A stretch of DNA of 57,684 bases, taken from the NCBI GenBank assembly GCA_009602735.1, contig WELA01002751.1:1-57684 (forward strand). Direction: 5' to 3'. Both the position numbers and the translations under genes were made by a program. Each line of letters starts with the position of its first letter. Position 1 is the stretch's first letter. Below the pieces are notes generated by a model. The model saw nothing but the letters and a program-made list of their open reading frames with translations, had not been told where the DNA came from and did no database searches. This stretch comes from Mesotaenium endlicherianum. Its lineage: Eukaryota. Positions 46,611 through 57,684 of this stretch are shown one piece after another.

Positions 46611-48824
46611 CCTTCCAAGCCATACAATTATGGCATGGATGTATTTACAATATGTGATGATATCACATATTTTTGTATTGCTTTCATCATCTACTACTTG
46701 ATTAAAATTGAAGGATTATGAATTTAAGCAGTGTTGGACCTGGTTAGTATGTTGCCAGTGGTGTAGTGATACAAACGAAAAGGTAACTCGAGGTGCTTTG
46801 ATCGCGCGCCAATTGTACTTAAACGATTCAATCCGACACTACCGGTCGCTCCGCGCGATGTGTCGCACGCGCCGCAATTGGCCACATGGCGGATCGTTAC
46901 ACTCCTCCCATCTACAAGTGTGCACGTTCCGGGCACTCATGCCGCGGCGGCGCAAGGGACATTGTTACGGGATAGTGTCCTTTCTTTGTACAATCCAAAG
47001 ATCGCCATACAGTCGTACCATCGACCACCTCGCACCCCCGGAGCACCCTTGTGCTCATTGGGATTTGTACCCTGGTCTCCTGGACACGGTTGCGTACGTT
47101 TGCGCTTCGATACCATTGTAGCGATACGAACGAGAAGGTAACTTGAGTTACTTTGATTGCGCGCAAATTATACTTATACGATTCAGATCGACACTTTCGG
47201 TCGCTCCGCGCGATGTTTCGGACGCGCCGCAACCGGCCACGTGGCGGATCGTTACAAGTTGGTAGAATTTTCAACGTTATTATTGATAGAAAATTCAATT
47301 CTTTCGAGTTGTTCTCAATTCTAAAAAAGAAAGAACATGGTGCTACAAGCACCGATATGACTAATGGGGAAGACTACCCCGGTGATATGGTCATGATGAG
47401 GCCCAACTTTGACCCACCTTGCTTTACTCTAGCTGCATACAATGAACACCCTCCCATGATTGCATGTGTGTGGAATGACTCTAAACCATGTGCATTCTTA
47501 TCAACAGCCTACGGGCAAGATCCTATTAATGAGCTTAGGCGTGTGTCGGCACAAGAGAAAAAGTATGTGTCAGCTCCAAAAATAGTAGAGCATTATATCA
47601 CCTACAGTAGATCAGTTTGATGCTTTATGTCTAGCTAGGAACTACAGCACTGAGAGGGTTCTAGTGAACAGAAGGTGGTGGCGTAGGGCCTATTAGGGCA
47701 TTCTTGATGGACTTCTTGCTAACGCGTAAATTATGCGACGTGCGTAAGATGGACAATACTGACGCGGGCAAATTTGAGATATACATGGAGGTGATGGATG
47801 AGATGTGCTACTTTCACCATCCTCATGATGCAGTTTCTAGCAAGGTGATAACTAAAACTACTTCAGCCCATCCTATTTGAGATGCCAGGTGGACCCACAG
47901 GCACTTCCTTGTGAAGGTCAAGGACAGGTATACGTGGTGTATAACGCTGGTACTTTTGGATATCGTGTTGACGTCTCGAGAGCTTCCAAGGTTCCACATA
48001 GGTGTGAGCCTTGCAGTGTCTATTTGTGCCCCTCTCCTTGCTTTAGGAGATACCATACAGAGAGGGTCATTGAGCATGTAGATGCAGAAGCTCGTAGAGA
48101 AGTGAGAGCTTAGGGGAGCTAATTGACTATGTGCAAATTCTATAACATGCCAATACAATTGTTTTTGAGCTTCACAGAAGCTGTAGAGTTGTTGCATGAC
48201 TTTTATGAGCAATTCAAAGTCAAGTAACTTTTTTGATTTACCAAAATCAAAAAATTGCTTTAATTTGCCCCTAAAATCAAAACATATGAAGTAGATTAAA
48301 ATAAAAATAATTACAGGGACTTGGATTATCATGACATACACTAGTATGTAGAATATGATGCATTAATACCTTGTCTAGAGCTCTGTAAGACATCCTATGT
48401 ACATGTAAGGTTTGAAACTCTTGTTGGCCAACCCCAAATAGATGGTCGACATAAGATCTGGCCACTGCTGCAAGTGGTAGAGTATTACTCCTTTCTGTCT
48501 GAATTTTTGACCACATACTCTTGATGTATAGAAGTACCTCTGGAAAAAGTTAGAATTTGTGGATGGAAGTGTGGAGAAATTAGTGATTCCTCAAACTTAG
48601 CACTTTCATCGATGTTTTTTTGCACAAAATTATTTTTCATTTTTTCAGTCAAAAAAAACATTTTCTTGAAAGAAAACGACTAGGGTCATAAAGAAAAGGC
48701 ATGACCTTTCAAATCATACAAGCCACTCTTTCATAGGCCCACTAATGTGCTTCAAACAATCCAAAGTGTGTGAGTAGTTGTTAGGCCCCAAAACCATACA
48801 TTTTGTTAGTTCGGTCATCTAGGG
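46611..48824 (+). mobile_element. Decayed piggyBac transposon, 5'-truncated; transposase remnant ~46611-48065, interrupted by a TRIM
   Basis: In order: KPYNYGMDVFTICDDITYF..FIIY; VIIDRKFNSFELF; WNDSKPCAFLST; PKIVEHY; RRWWRR; C-terminal CEPCSVYLCPSPCFRRYH. Candidate right end AGGG (48821-48824) followed by TTAT, close to TTAA. Confidence 0.8.
46762..47256 (-). mobile_element. TRIM copy 2, 495 bp
   Basis: 140-bp LTRs 47117-47256 and 46762-46901; PBS 47104-47115; PPT 46902-46913; TSD AGTGG/AGTTG; homologous to 26958-27421. Confidence 0.92.
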
Positions 48825-49564
48825 TTATTTGTTAAATGCCTACTAGAAAGTTAATTTCCAAAATTGCTTCCTATCGCTTCCCGTATTGATCCGCTCAAGT
48901 CAATTTGCCATTGCACATTCACACACCAACCAAGTTACACTCGAACGCAGTGTTGATGTTTATGTTTGCATTATCAGTATCAAGGGGCAAACATGTTAAA
49001 GTGGGCATGTAAGATGTGGAGAAAATCGCATTTGGAGTAATTGAATTAGTGGTCCTCATTTGTCCACACGTATAGAACATCGTGCATCTGATAATGATGA
49101 ACATGCCAGACGGACGATGAAGAACAATGCCGATTCTAGCATAAATACAAACCCGATTGTTCATCGAGAACTTTCAATAACAAAAAGATCGTCTACGGTT
49201 CAAGACTTTTTGTACGAAATCAGATGTACCGACTGGCTAGGATTGTGAGATGATAATGATTACGAATAACTGTAACAATGTCTTGTGTGAGATTTGGGGA
49301 CAATAAACCAAGAGTGGTTCCACTCTTTGTTCCTAACCAGGTTCAAGCTTCAATTTGAGCCGTTTCGTGACTTGCACATTTTCAAGGTGAACATTGACAT
49401 ATCAAAAAAAACCGATGCAAGCAATGTTTCTTAAGTGAAAAGGAATAGATCTAATATGGACTCCAAACAATTCAAGATTCCGAAGGATTGTAAAGTCTAA
49501 AATGTGCCAAAGGTATTTATTTGAACCGGAATATATTTTGACTATTTGGCCAATACTCACGTGA

Positions 49565-49637
49565 GCGCGTGTAACTCAGTGGATAGAGTGTTTGCTTCCT
49601 AAGCAAAAGGTCGCAGGTTCGACCCCTGTCTCGCGCA
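49565..49637 (+). tRNA. tRNA-Arg(CCT)
   Basis: 73-nt cloverleaf: acceptor GCGCGTG/CTCGCGC, D stem ACTC/GAGT, anticodon arm TTTGC-TTCCTAA-GCAAA, T arm GCAGG-TTCGACC-CCTGT; T-run terminator at ~49660. Confidence 0.95.
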
Positions 49638-50583
49638 AATGAAAACCCTCTTGACCTGTTTTTGACCTTTCTTCTCTTAAAGATTGCTGGCCCTCCTCGA
49701 CGTGAAATTGCCCACTTTCGACTGCCTTCTTTCGTCCGAGCAGGCTTCTGATTCGACTCCATGAACACCGCAGCCGGAGCTGCCTTCGGCATACCGTATG
49801 AGGAATTTCTGACCATTCCAGTGCTCTCGGATGCTCACGATGACCGTAGAGTCCACATGCCATCACTCGAAATTGATCGAAAGTGAAGGATATCAACTGA
49901 ATTGATTGTGGCCGTGCTTAGCCTGCGATGCTGTGGCCATTGGCAACTTAGCACAAAGTGTCAACACGTGTTGACAAAGGAGGTGCTAGTACACGCGATG
50001 TGAGGCAATGTGATGCGATGTGATGCAGTTTGAAGTGCGATGGTAGATGGTGGTGGACACAGGGCGGAGGCTGTCTACCAGTCTACCACTCTCTACACTT
50101 CTTGACACTTCTGCTCTTGTCGACTACAAGGGTTGGTCGGTCTGGTTGGTCACGACCAATCGCCACAGTCTGAATTACGCATCAAAGTGCATCAAAGTAC
50201 GCTCAAGCATGCTAGACGCATGCCGGACCTTGCCAGAACTGGCAAGAGCACAGTGGCCCGACCGCATTGCACGTGTAAATCGTGTCACAAAATGAGACGC
50301 TCGGACGTTTTGAAAATCCCGTCGCAGAAACGTCGCGGACAGTATTCAACAGCAATGGTTGTAGCTACGATTTGTGAGGTGATGGTGAAGTAACTATATA
50401 TCAGATCGCTACTTCCGATGCAACGTCTAGAGACAACTTAAAACTCTCTTCTGGCCATTGTTGTCCTTCCCCTGGGTGGATCGGCTGTGGTGGAGAGATT
50501 TCTTAAGAACTTATTTGTGACCAACTAGTAGGACGTGCTTCTGAAGTCTGGCCCTTTAGCACCTGCATTTGAGGAGTCCCGCT

Positions 50584-53500
50584 ATGGCTGCCACAGTCGC
50601 TTCGAGCGCCTGTGTAAGCCCCGCACTTCGATGTGCCAAAAGCGGAAGCCAAGTGGAAACGAGGTTGAACAGCAGGGTGACATGCGTCTACAAGATAAAT
50701 GCGAAAAGTATTAGTCTACGCACAGCCTTTTTGGGGACCGGATCAAATGTCAAGAATGTGGTCAAGGGCTACCGTAAGTCAAATAAGACCAATTGCGGGG
50801 TGATGGCTTCAGCCTCTGAGTTGGTCAAATCCAAACCATCTTCCGTAAGCATTCCCCCCTTCGTTTGATTTCTAATGTCATTCTGTAAAGTTGAAGCGTA
50901 GTTGGGTCTAGCAGTCTTTTTGCGTTGTGTATTTTGTCGTTGATGAAGAATGTGTGTTTTTGCAGATTATCAGTCCTGAGGTGGGCCTCGCTTTGTACGA
51001 GGACATGGTGCTTGGACGAACATTTGAGGACATGTGCGCTCAGATGTATTACCGAGGCAAAATGTTTGGATTTGTCCATCTCTACAACGGTCAAGAAGCT
51101 GTATCTTCTGGGGTCTGCCAGCATCTTAGGCAGGACGATTATGTCACCAGGTTTGTTCACTGCAAATGTCATTTTCACCGGGGTTCAATTGCTTTGAAGG
51201 CTAATTTGAGAAACTTGTAATGGCGGAATGGGCTACCTCGCATTCGACTCGCAGTTCTTTTCTGCTTTCGTTGACTCACTTGCACCCCTTGTGGCAACTC
51301 ATTAACCATCGGTAGGATATGCTGGATACCCTATACCTCGTGATTATGTACTACGCATTTTTAAGTTCTCCTAGTAGGAGCACTGGATATATATGCTCTG
51401 TGATAAAATGTCAGAGAGGGTGCTTCATCTTGAACGGGTCTTAATTTCGGCCGGGCCATGCTATTGTTTCTTATGTAGCTCTTTCAAGTTTGTTGTCATA
51501 ATTCTCTGAATCAATTTACCGCCTTCCCATTGAAAATGGTGTTTTTTTCTTATGAAATATAAATGTCACAGCTGCTCTGTGGTAGACAGTGATCAAGCTC
51601 CCTCCAAGATTTGTTAAGCGCACCGGGACCTTTCTCAAACGACCCTTCTCATCTGTGCGCTGAAATATGTGGTCTCCTCTTGTTTTTGCAGTACATATCG
51701 TGATCATGTACACGCCCTTAGTAAAGGTGTCCCTGCGAAACAAGTCATGGCAGAGCTGTTTGGAAAGACTACAGGGTGCTGTAGAGGTCAGGGTGGTTCC
51801 ATGCACATGTTTTCCAAGGAGCATGGTTTGCTAGGGGGTTTTGCCTTCATTGGAGAAGGCATCCCTGTTGCTACGGGTGCGGCCTTCAAGGTGCGGTATG
51901 CGAAGGAAGTCTTGAAGGAAGAGAAAGCAGATCAGGTCTCAGGTGGGCATAAAACGTATCAGCTGTGAATCTTCTGCAGTCCTTATTTAGGATTGCTGAC
52001 TATGCTAGATCAATTTCACTCATCTACTACTTCGATCCCTTTTCTTGGTAGTCTCCTGCACTTTCTATCATGTTTGACGCAGAAAACATGCATCTACGTC
52101 CTTCTGCTTGGGAATATGAGGAGGCCTGTCGTGTCAGCACATTTATGCGTAGCACGCTCTAAAGTCAACATGGTCAGTCTATATTGGCGTTTAACATCAT
52201 CAGTCTCATGAAGCGAACCTGTGCTGCTCCTATTGCACTCAACAACCCTGGTAATGATTCTTTGGTCAAGGTAGGGGTTAGGGGTAAATGGAGGTAGTAA
52301 GTGCCTTGCAATCTAAGATGTGAATTTGAGCAAATAGATTTCGCTCTGAACATACTTTCATTCCTGTCTTGCGCAGTTGCTTTCTTTGGGGATGGCACCT
52401 GCAACATCGGCCAGTTCTATGAGTGCTTGAACATGGCTGCATTATGGAAGCTGCCCGTTATATTTGTTGTAGAGAACAACCTATGGGCCATTGGCATGAA
52501 CCATTTCAGGGCCACATCGGTGCCAGAAATTTATAAGAAAGGACCTGCATTTGGAATGCCTGGAGTACATGTTGATGGTATGGATGTGCTTAAGGTGTAT
52601 GAAGTTGCCGGAGAAGCTGTAAGAAGAGCAAGGGCTGGTGAAGGCCCTACACTGATTGAGTGCGAAACCTATCGTTTCCGCGGACATTCTTTGGCTGACC
52701 CTGATGAGCTCCGCGATCCAGGTGAGTTACATATATTGCCTATTGAAGCCTTTCTTGCCAAGTGACTCTGCCAGGGCTTGCGGGTCATAGCAGGGAGATA
52801 TACTATCATGTTGACCATTTGCTTTCATATTTGATAGAGTTTGGCATCAGGTTGCTAGACTGATCCCACTGATATGGATATATCTTTAACGTCAACAACT
52901 ATTGATGCGAGAGAGGGTATGCTGACGGGATATGGTTTAAGTCACGTGTAAATGCTTGACCCTGTATAATGTAGGTGCCTTCTTATTTTCTGGTTGTTTA
53001 GTTAAGACTGGCCACAAGTGGCACATTCATCTTTCTGTCTGCACTTTGTTGCACAGCTGAGAAGGCACATTATGCTCAGAGAGATCCTATTGTGGCTTTG
53101 AAGAAGTATCTTCTGGAGAATGATATGGCCGCTGAGACAGAATTGCAGGTAAAGCATTGGCCCAACAACTCATGCACAGTATCTCGCAGTAATGTCCATA
53201 GTCCATGATTCACAAGAGGTCAAGGTTTGTGGAAATTGCCCGTATAATATTATTTGTTGACTGATCAAGGTGCATGAGTCCCTGTCGATCGGCATTTTAT
53301 TTCATCGGTAATGCCAATTGTACTTTGTGCATTATTGCTGGTGGAGATCAGGTACTTGAACACCTGGATAGCTCTAGATACTCATTGATGTTTCCTGGAA
53401 TGTAACTTCTTTTCCATAAGTACACCAAACAGTGGAGAGACAGTATGGGGAACCTTGCATGATTGGTGTTGTGCCCTGATAGTATTTCACTTCCACTTGA

Positions 53501-53858
53501 ATGCCGTCTGAATATCTGAGCTCATTTTGGTTGTTGCTGTGCTGTGGCTATTACCATATTATTAAGTACTTAGTGAATTCAACTGGGGGGTTCGTTTGGG
53601 GCTTGGTTTAATGGGCATGTCTTCCCTTCTGCGTTTCCTCGCTCTTCATTGTGTGTAACTGCTTGTGTGCAGGCTATTGAGAAGAAGATAGATGACATTG
53701 TGGAAGAGGCAGTCGAGTTTGCTGATGAGAGCCCACTTCCTCCTCGAAAGCAATTGTTAGAGAACGTGTTTGCTGATCCTAAGGGATTTGGAATAGGACC
53801 CGATGACAAGTATCGATGTGAAGACCCAGCTTTTACTGAAGGGACAGCCCAGGTGTGA
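50584..53858 (+). CDS. PDH-E1a: Plastid pyruvate dehydrogenase E1 alpha subunit, six exons, 439 aa
   Basis: Exons 50584-50844, 50966-51150, 51692-51942, 52377-52721, 53057-53148 and 53673-53858 (1320 nt, GT-AG, in phase). Transit-peptide-like N-terminus; [32 protein letters not shown]...ENN TPP motif, [12 protein letters not shown]; plastid-type C-terminus [13 protein letters not shown]. Confidence 0.97.
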
Positions 53859-55752
53859 AGTATTGTTGCATAGGAAGTATCACAAGATATGTTTGTCTTG
53901 CAACAACCTGACCTCCTTCACTGGAACATTCCCCACTCCACCGTGGTCTCGTGTGCCTCGAGTCATTCTTTGTTCATATTAGTTCATGTCGCTCTTTGTG
54001 AAGGGTCTTGACTTAAGTTCAGTAAACCTTTCCTCCCAAGAAGTTGCTGCTCAATTGGAACATAGCTTGTACAAATATTGCTGTCGGATGGTAAGCCGTT
54101 ACTAGCTCTAAGAGTAGGTCTTCAGCATTCGCAGTTCTTGATAGTTGGCCGATTTTTTTCTGTTCACGTCTCAAGATTATTTTCTACAGGAATGGACTAG
54201 GCCAAAAGTGCCTCAAGGTGTTTGAAGTAGGAGTCCAGTATAAAGCAGTATTGTCGACTATCATCTGAGTCATGTAGTGTTGCACAAAGCTTTTGCGAAT
54301 AAGGAAAAAAATCGAGTGCAATCTTTTTGCATTTTTTTCGAAGGTCTTAGGTCAGACCTTTGTAATTGAGTGCCACTAGGGTAATGTGTGGGATCATACC
54401 CTGTACACAAAAAAAACATCTCAATACTTCGTGGAAATGTAGTTGCTCTCCAGCACCTTGTCAGCAGAGGATTTGTTCTTCAGCTTCTTGTCATATAGAG
54501 GCTACCTACTGAATATTGTTCAAGTATACTTTCCATTACTCGCATTATCATGGATGCCATCATTCTTTTGCTGAATATTTATGAAAATTCTTGGGCAACA
54601 TGTGTAGGTCTAGTTTGCAAGCTTTTGCAAGCTTGTGCATCGAATGCCGCACAGCAAGTATAATGCCATCAGCAAAGTTATCCTGTTCTTATGGGATTTT
54701 GAGCGAATCTGCTATACTTGCATCTTGCAAGTAGTTGATGCACAACATTCATATCTCATAACTAAACTTATCATTGATCCGCAACTGCACCATATCATGC
54801 ACTTAGCTGTGGCGTAAAGAGGAAAGTGTATTCGGGAAACATAACCAAAATAGGAAGCATGAAGAACAACAATTTTTTTTGAATGCTAAAAGAGGGAGCC
54901 TAACACAAATTTAGCGAGACCTCCACAGAGGATTTTGCCAAAATGGTGGTGTATACAATAGAGGAGGCAAAGTTTCTAGACCACCCAAAAGAGAGCCCAG
55001 CTGTTCCACTGCTAGGGTTTTGGGCAACTAAAGGCTCATCAGGAGCATAAAGCATGGAGACAGACGACTTTCGAGAAATAGTGGAGAGGCATGTTTATTA
55101 GACCCACTATAATGAGGTAGAGAGGAGTTTGGAATATCTGGCGAGGGAGACGGAGCATGAGTTGTTCTCAATATACTTCTCCCCTTGCACTCTCAAGAGG
55201 GATAACCCAACTTTCCTCATCTATCCTACTAACGCTGGATGACTGCCACTATTGATAAGCAGGAATATGACAAGGCGAAGCAGGGGTAACCAACTTACCA
55301 CCCTATATAGTCCCTTAATTGGGACCCAGCACTAGATGGCGTGAATGCAGACATGGCAAAGGCAACACTGGTTGCTCAAAACTGGGGACAAAACTGGTTC
55401 TCTAAGGACAAGCATGCTCACCTGTAGTGGACTAAGAGGGGCATAAGAATGCTATCAGTAGTATACGGGCCTACTTCTGCTTTTCCTTCATCATCCTCAA
55501 TGTATTTTTTAATTTCTTATTTGCCATTTTCTTGCACAAGTGGCTTTCATGCACTAGCTTTTCATCTTAAGAACTAATTTGCCAAGTGGGGTCCAAGAGT
55601 GTGTTAACCATTTTTGTCTGGGAGGTTTGCATTCCATGAAGAAAGTGTGGCAGCGCAAAGATGAAGATAGCATTAACACGTTCAGATGTGGCATGTGTAA
55701 GGAAGCGAGTAGCAGCCATAGCCAATTAATAAAATCCAACGACTTACTAGTG

Positions 55753-55860
55753 GCAAAATTGTTTGGAAATGATGACAAGAGTGTGTGGCACGCATGACAC
55801 TACCTTCGCAAAATTGTTTGAAGTGATGACGAGAGTGTGTGGTATGCATGACACTACCTC
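55753..55860 (+). repeat. Two-copy direct repeat of about 54 bp
   Basis: GCAAAATTGTTTG...GAGTGTGTGG...GCATGACACTACCT at 55753 and 55808. Confidence 0.8.
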
Positions 55861-57449
55861 AGCCAGAACAAAGAAGCCAACCTTCAGGTCCACAAGTGAT
55901 CAGTCAACGGCTCATCTATGGCTCACATGTTACTCGTTTCTAATACTCATAGGCCGGATGTAGAAGATGACAATGGCGACGCTAATGTAGACACTACGAA
56001 CAAATAAAGTGTGCATTGTCAATACGATGTATCTTCTTTGAATATATTCCTTTCTCTCTCTTTTCTCGAGTATCCCAGCTACCTATTTGTGGCACTAGGT
56101 ATTTCTTCCTGTTATTGCACATGGTGCGAGGAAATACACATGCCCAAATTGGCGGCTGTGTAAAAAGTCAAGGCAATGTCATCACTATAGTGACGAGATT
56201 GTTTGCGTGGCTGGTCATATGTCACGTTTCAATGCTCAATGTCGAGTTTGGCCGTGCCAAAAGTCTCAAATGACTAAGAAAGAATCTGCTCTAAGACTCA
56301 ACATGCAAGATTTGAAGCAACAAGAAAGCATCAAAGTAAGCTAGTCCAAGAAGCTTCTGCTTAATCTTTCATATTGCGGTCATTCTGTTAGAAGTCCCAC
56401 TGAACCGCGTAGCTTATACCAACATGCCACTGAATCTATTACCTCTCGCAAGAGACCAGTGTTTATAACCTGATGTTGGATTAATTGAGAGGTCACCTTG
56501 AATATACCTACAAATTAGCCTTTGTGGACAAAGGGTTTTCATAGCAATTCTTCTAAATTGAGGGTAAATGATGCCCTTGGGGTGCGAAGTAGCTCGCATA
56601 TACGAACCAACTACGCCAATGCTTCAGTGAAGGAACAAAATCACCTTATCCTCAGAAGGCCCAACAACATCACATATACATGGGATGAAAGAAACAGTGC
56701 GAACTCGGACTTCAAAAGGTATGAGGAACCATGGGGGCATAAGTTGCTTGTCATGCATAACCTCAAAGGATAACATGATAAAGCTTAGCCAAGTTCATGT
56801 CACGAGGACTTTGAACGGGGAGTCCATAGGGGGAGCAAGGCCAAGGAGTCGCATGACTCGCACGCGCCTCTCTCGTGCCGCCTCCACCCGCACAATTGCC
56901 ACCTCCTCCTGCGGGCCCGAGCTCACAACGAAGCTCATTACAGCAATGAGAACCACGTCCTTGCTGCTCGCTAGTCAATATGTTTCAAATAAAAATGCAG
57001 CACAATTTACAAAGCTTAGTTCTTCAAATAGAAGATAAAACACAACTGCCACCTCCATTGCAGTCTCCAATGATGCATATGTATCATTCTCTCCGACATA
57101 CATCATAAAGAACAGCACAAACAATTAGTGTGGAAAAGCTACCTTGTTAAAGATTTCTTTCGCGTTTCTCTTGCGTTGTCTCTTTGTGCCTCTAGTAGCT
57201 CCGTCACCCTTGGTGTCACCCCTTTTTCCAACTATTATTCCGGCATCTTTTCCTGCCGCATGCTGAAATCCATCAACCTTGCCTACTACGCAGCACCACA
57301 TTCAATTGCCCCCAAGGAACTCACTCAGCTGGGCCTAACAGGCAGAGCTGAATGCTGTGAACTTTTTGGAGGTGACGGAAGAGAATCTTGGTCATATTTG
57401 CAATGAATTTTCACCCAGATGCAAATGGTAAGCACATAGTAAGGATATA

Positions 57450-57643
57450 TCACGACGTACATGGGCTCCTTGCTTCTTCTACGGCTGCACGTTGTCAACC
57501 GCAAGGGACTGTCCAGTGCAAGGAGCAAGGCAAGCATGAGAAGATGTGAGTCAGCAAAACTAACCTTTAGACGGAGCCTTATCGTCAATATCTGAAGTGT
57601 CCCACATGGGCGGCAGGATGCCCTTGCTCCTGTACTGCTCTGC
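57450..57643 (-). CDS. Possible last two exons of a gene entering from the right edge; product unknown
   Basis: Putative exons 57643-57565 (AEQYRSKGILPPMWDTSDIDDKAPSK) and 57484-57450 with phase-compatible GT-AG sites; G-rich upstream intron as in the LRR gene. Confidence 0.25.
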
Positions 57644-57684
57644 CTGCAGCGCCCCCACCCCCACCCCCAGCCTTCCCAGCCCCC

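Noticed and set aside
49517..49896. Minus-strand ORFs over the tRNA
   Set aside because: Antisense shadows of tRNA-Arg and its flank.
54850..56800. Coding-like decayed stretches, including a faint hAT dimerisation-like segment near 56300-56450 (minus)
   Set aside because: Many stops and no diagnostic motif; cannot be assigned without a search.

Overview
Eukaryotic nuclear DNA, most likely a streptophyte (charophyte alga or early-diverging plant; inferred from the genes, not proven). More than half of the window is a nested transposon landscape. It holds three unrelated Ty3/gypsy chromovirus families: A (1-6572 minus, plus a solo LTR at 16130-16820), B (9278-15411 plus and 37457-44078 minus) and C (coding-intact copy 29536-36139, plus two 5' fragments). 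Each family has a tRNA-iMet PBS, a chromodomain integrase and a slippery-heptamer/stem-loop -1 frameshift signal. Also present: two copies of a small TRIM family, an 8-bp-TSD MITE, a 4-bp-TSD solo LTR, remnants of a non-chromovirus gypsy with a PHD finger, and a decayed piggyBac transposase. Host genes are a multi-exon LRR gene resembling Arabidopsis At1g15740 (minus, ~19.8-24 kb), a tRNA-Arg(CCT) and a six-exon plastid pyruvate dehydrogenase E1-alpha gene. No CRISPR array or prokaryotic system is present. I found no single clearly novel system; the best leads are the PHD-integrase remnant, the piggyBac remnant, the TRIM family and the mismatched ends of element A.
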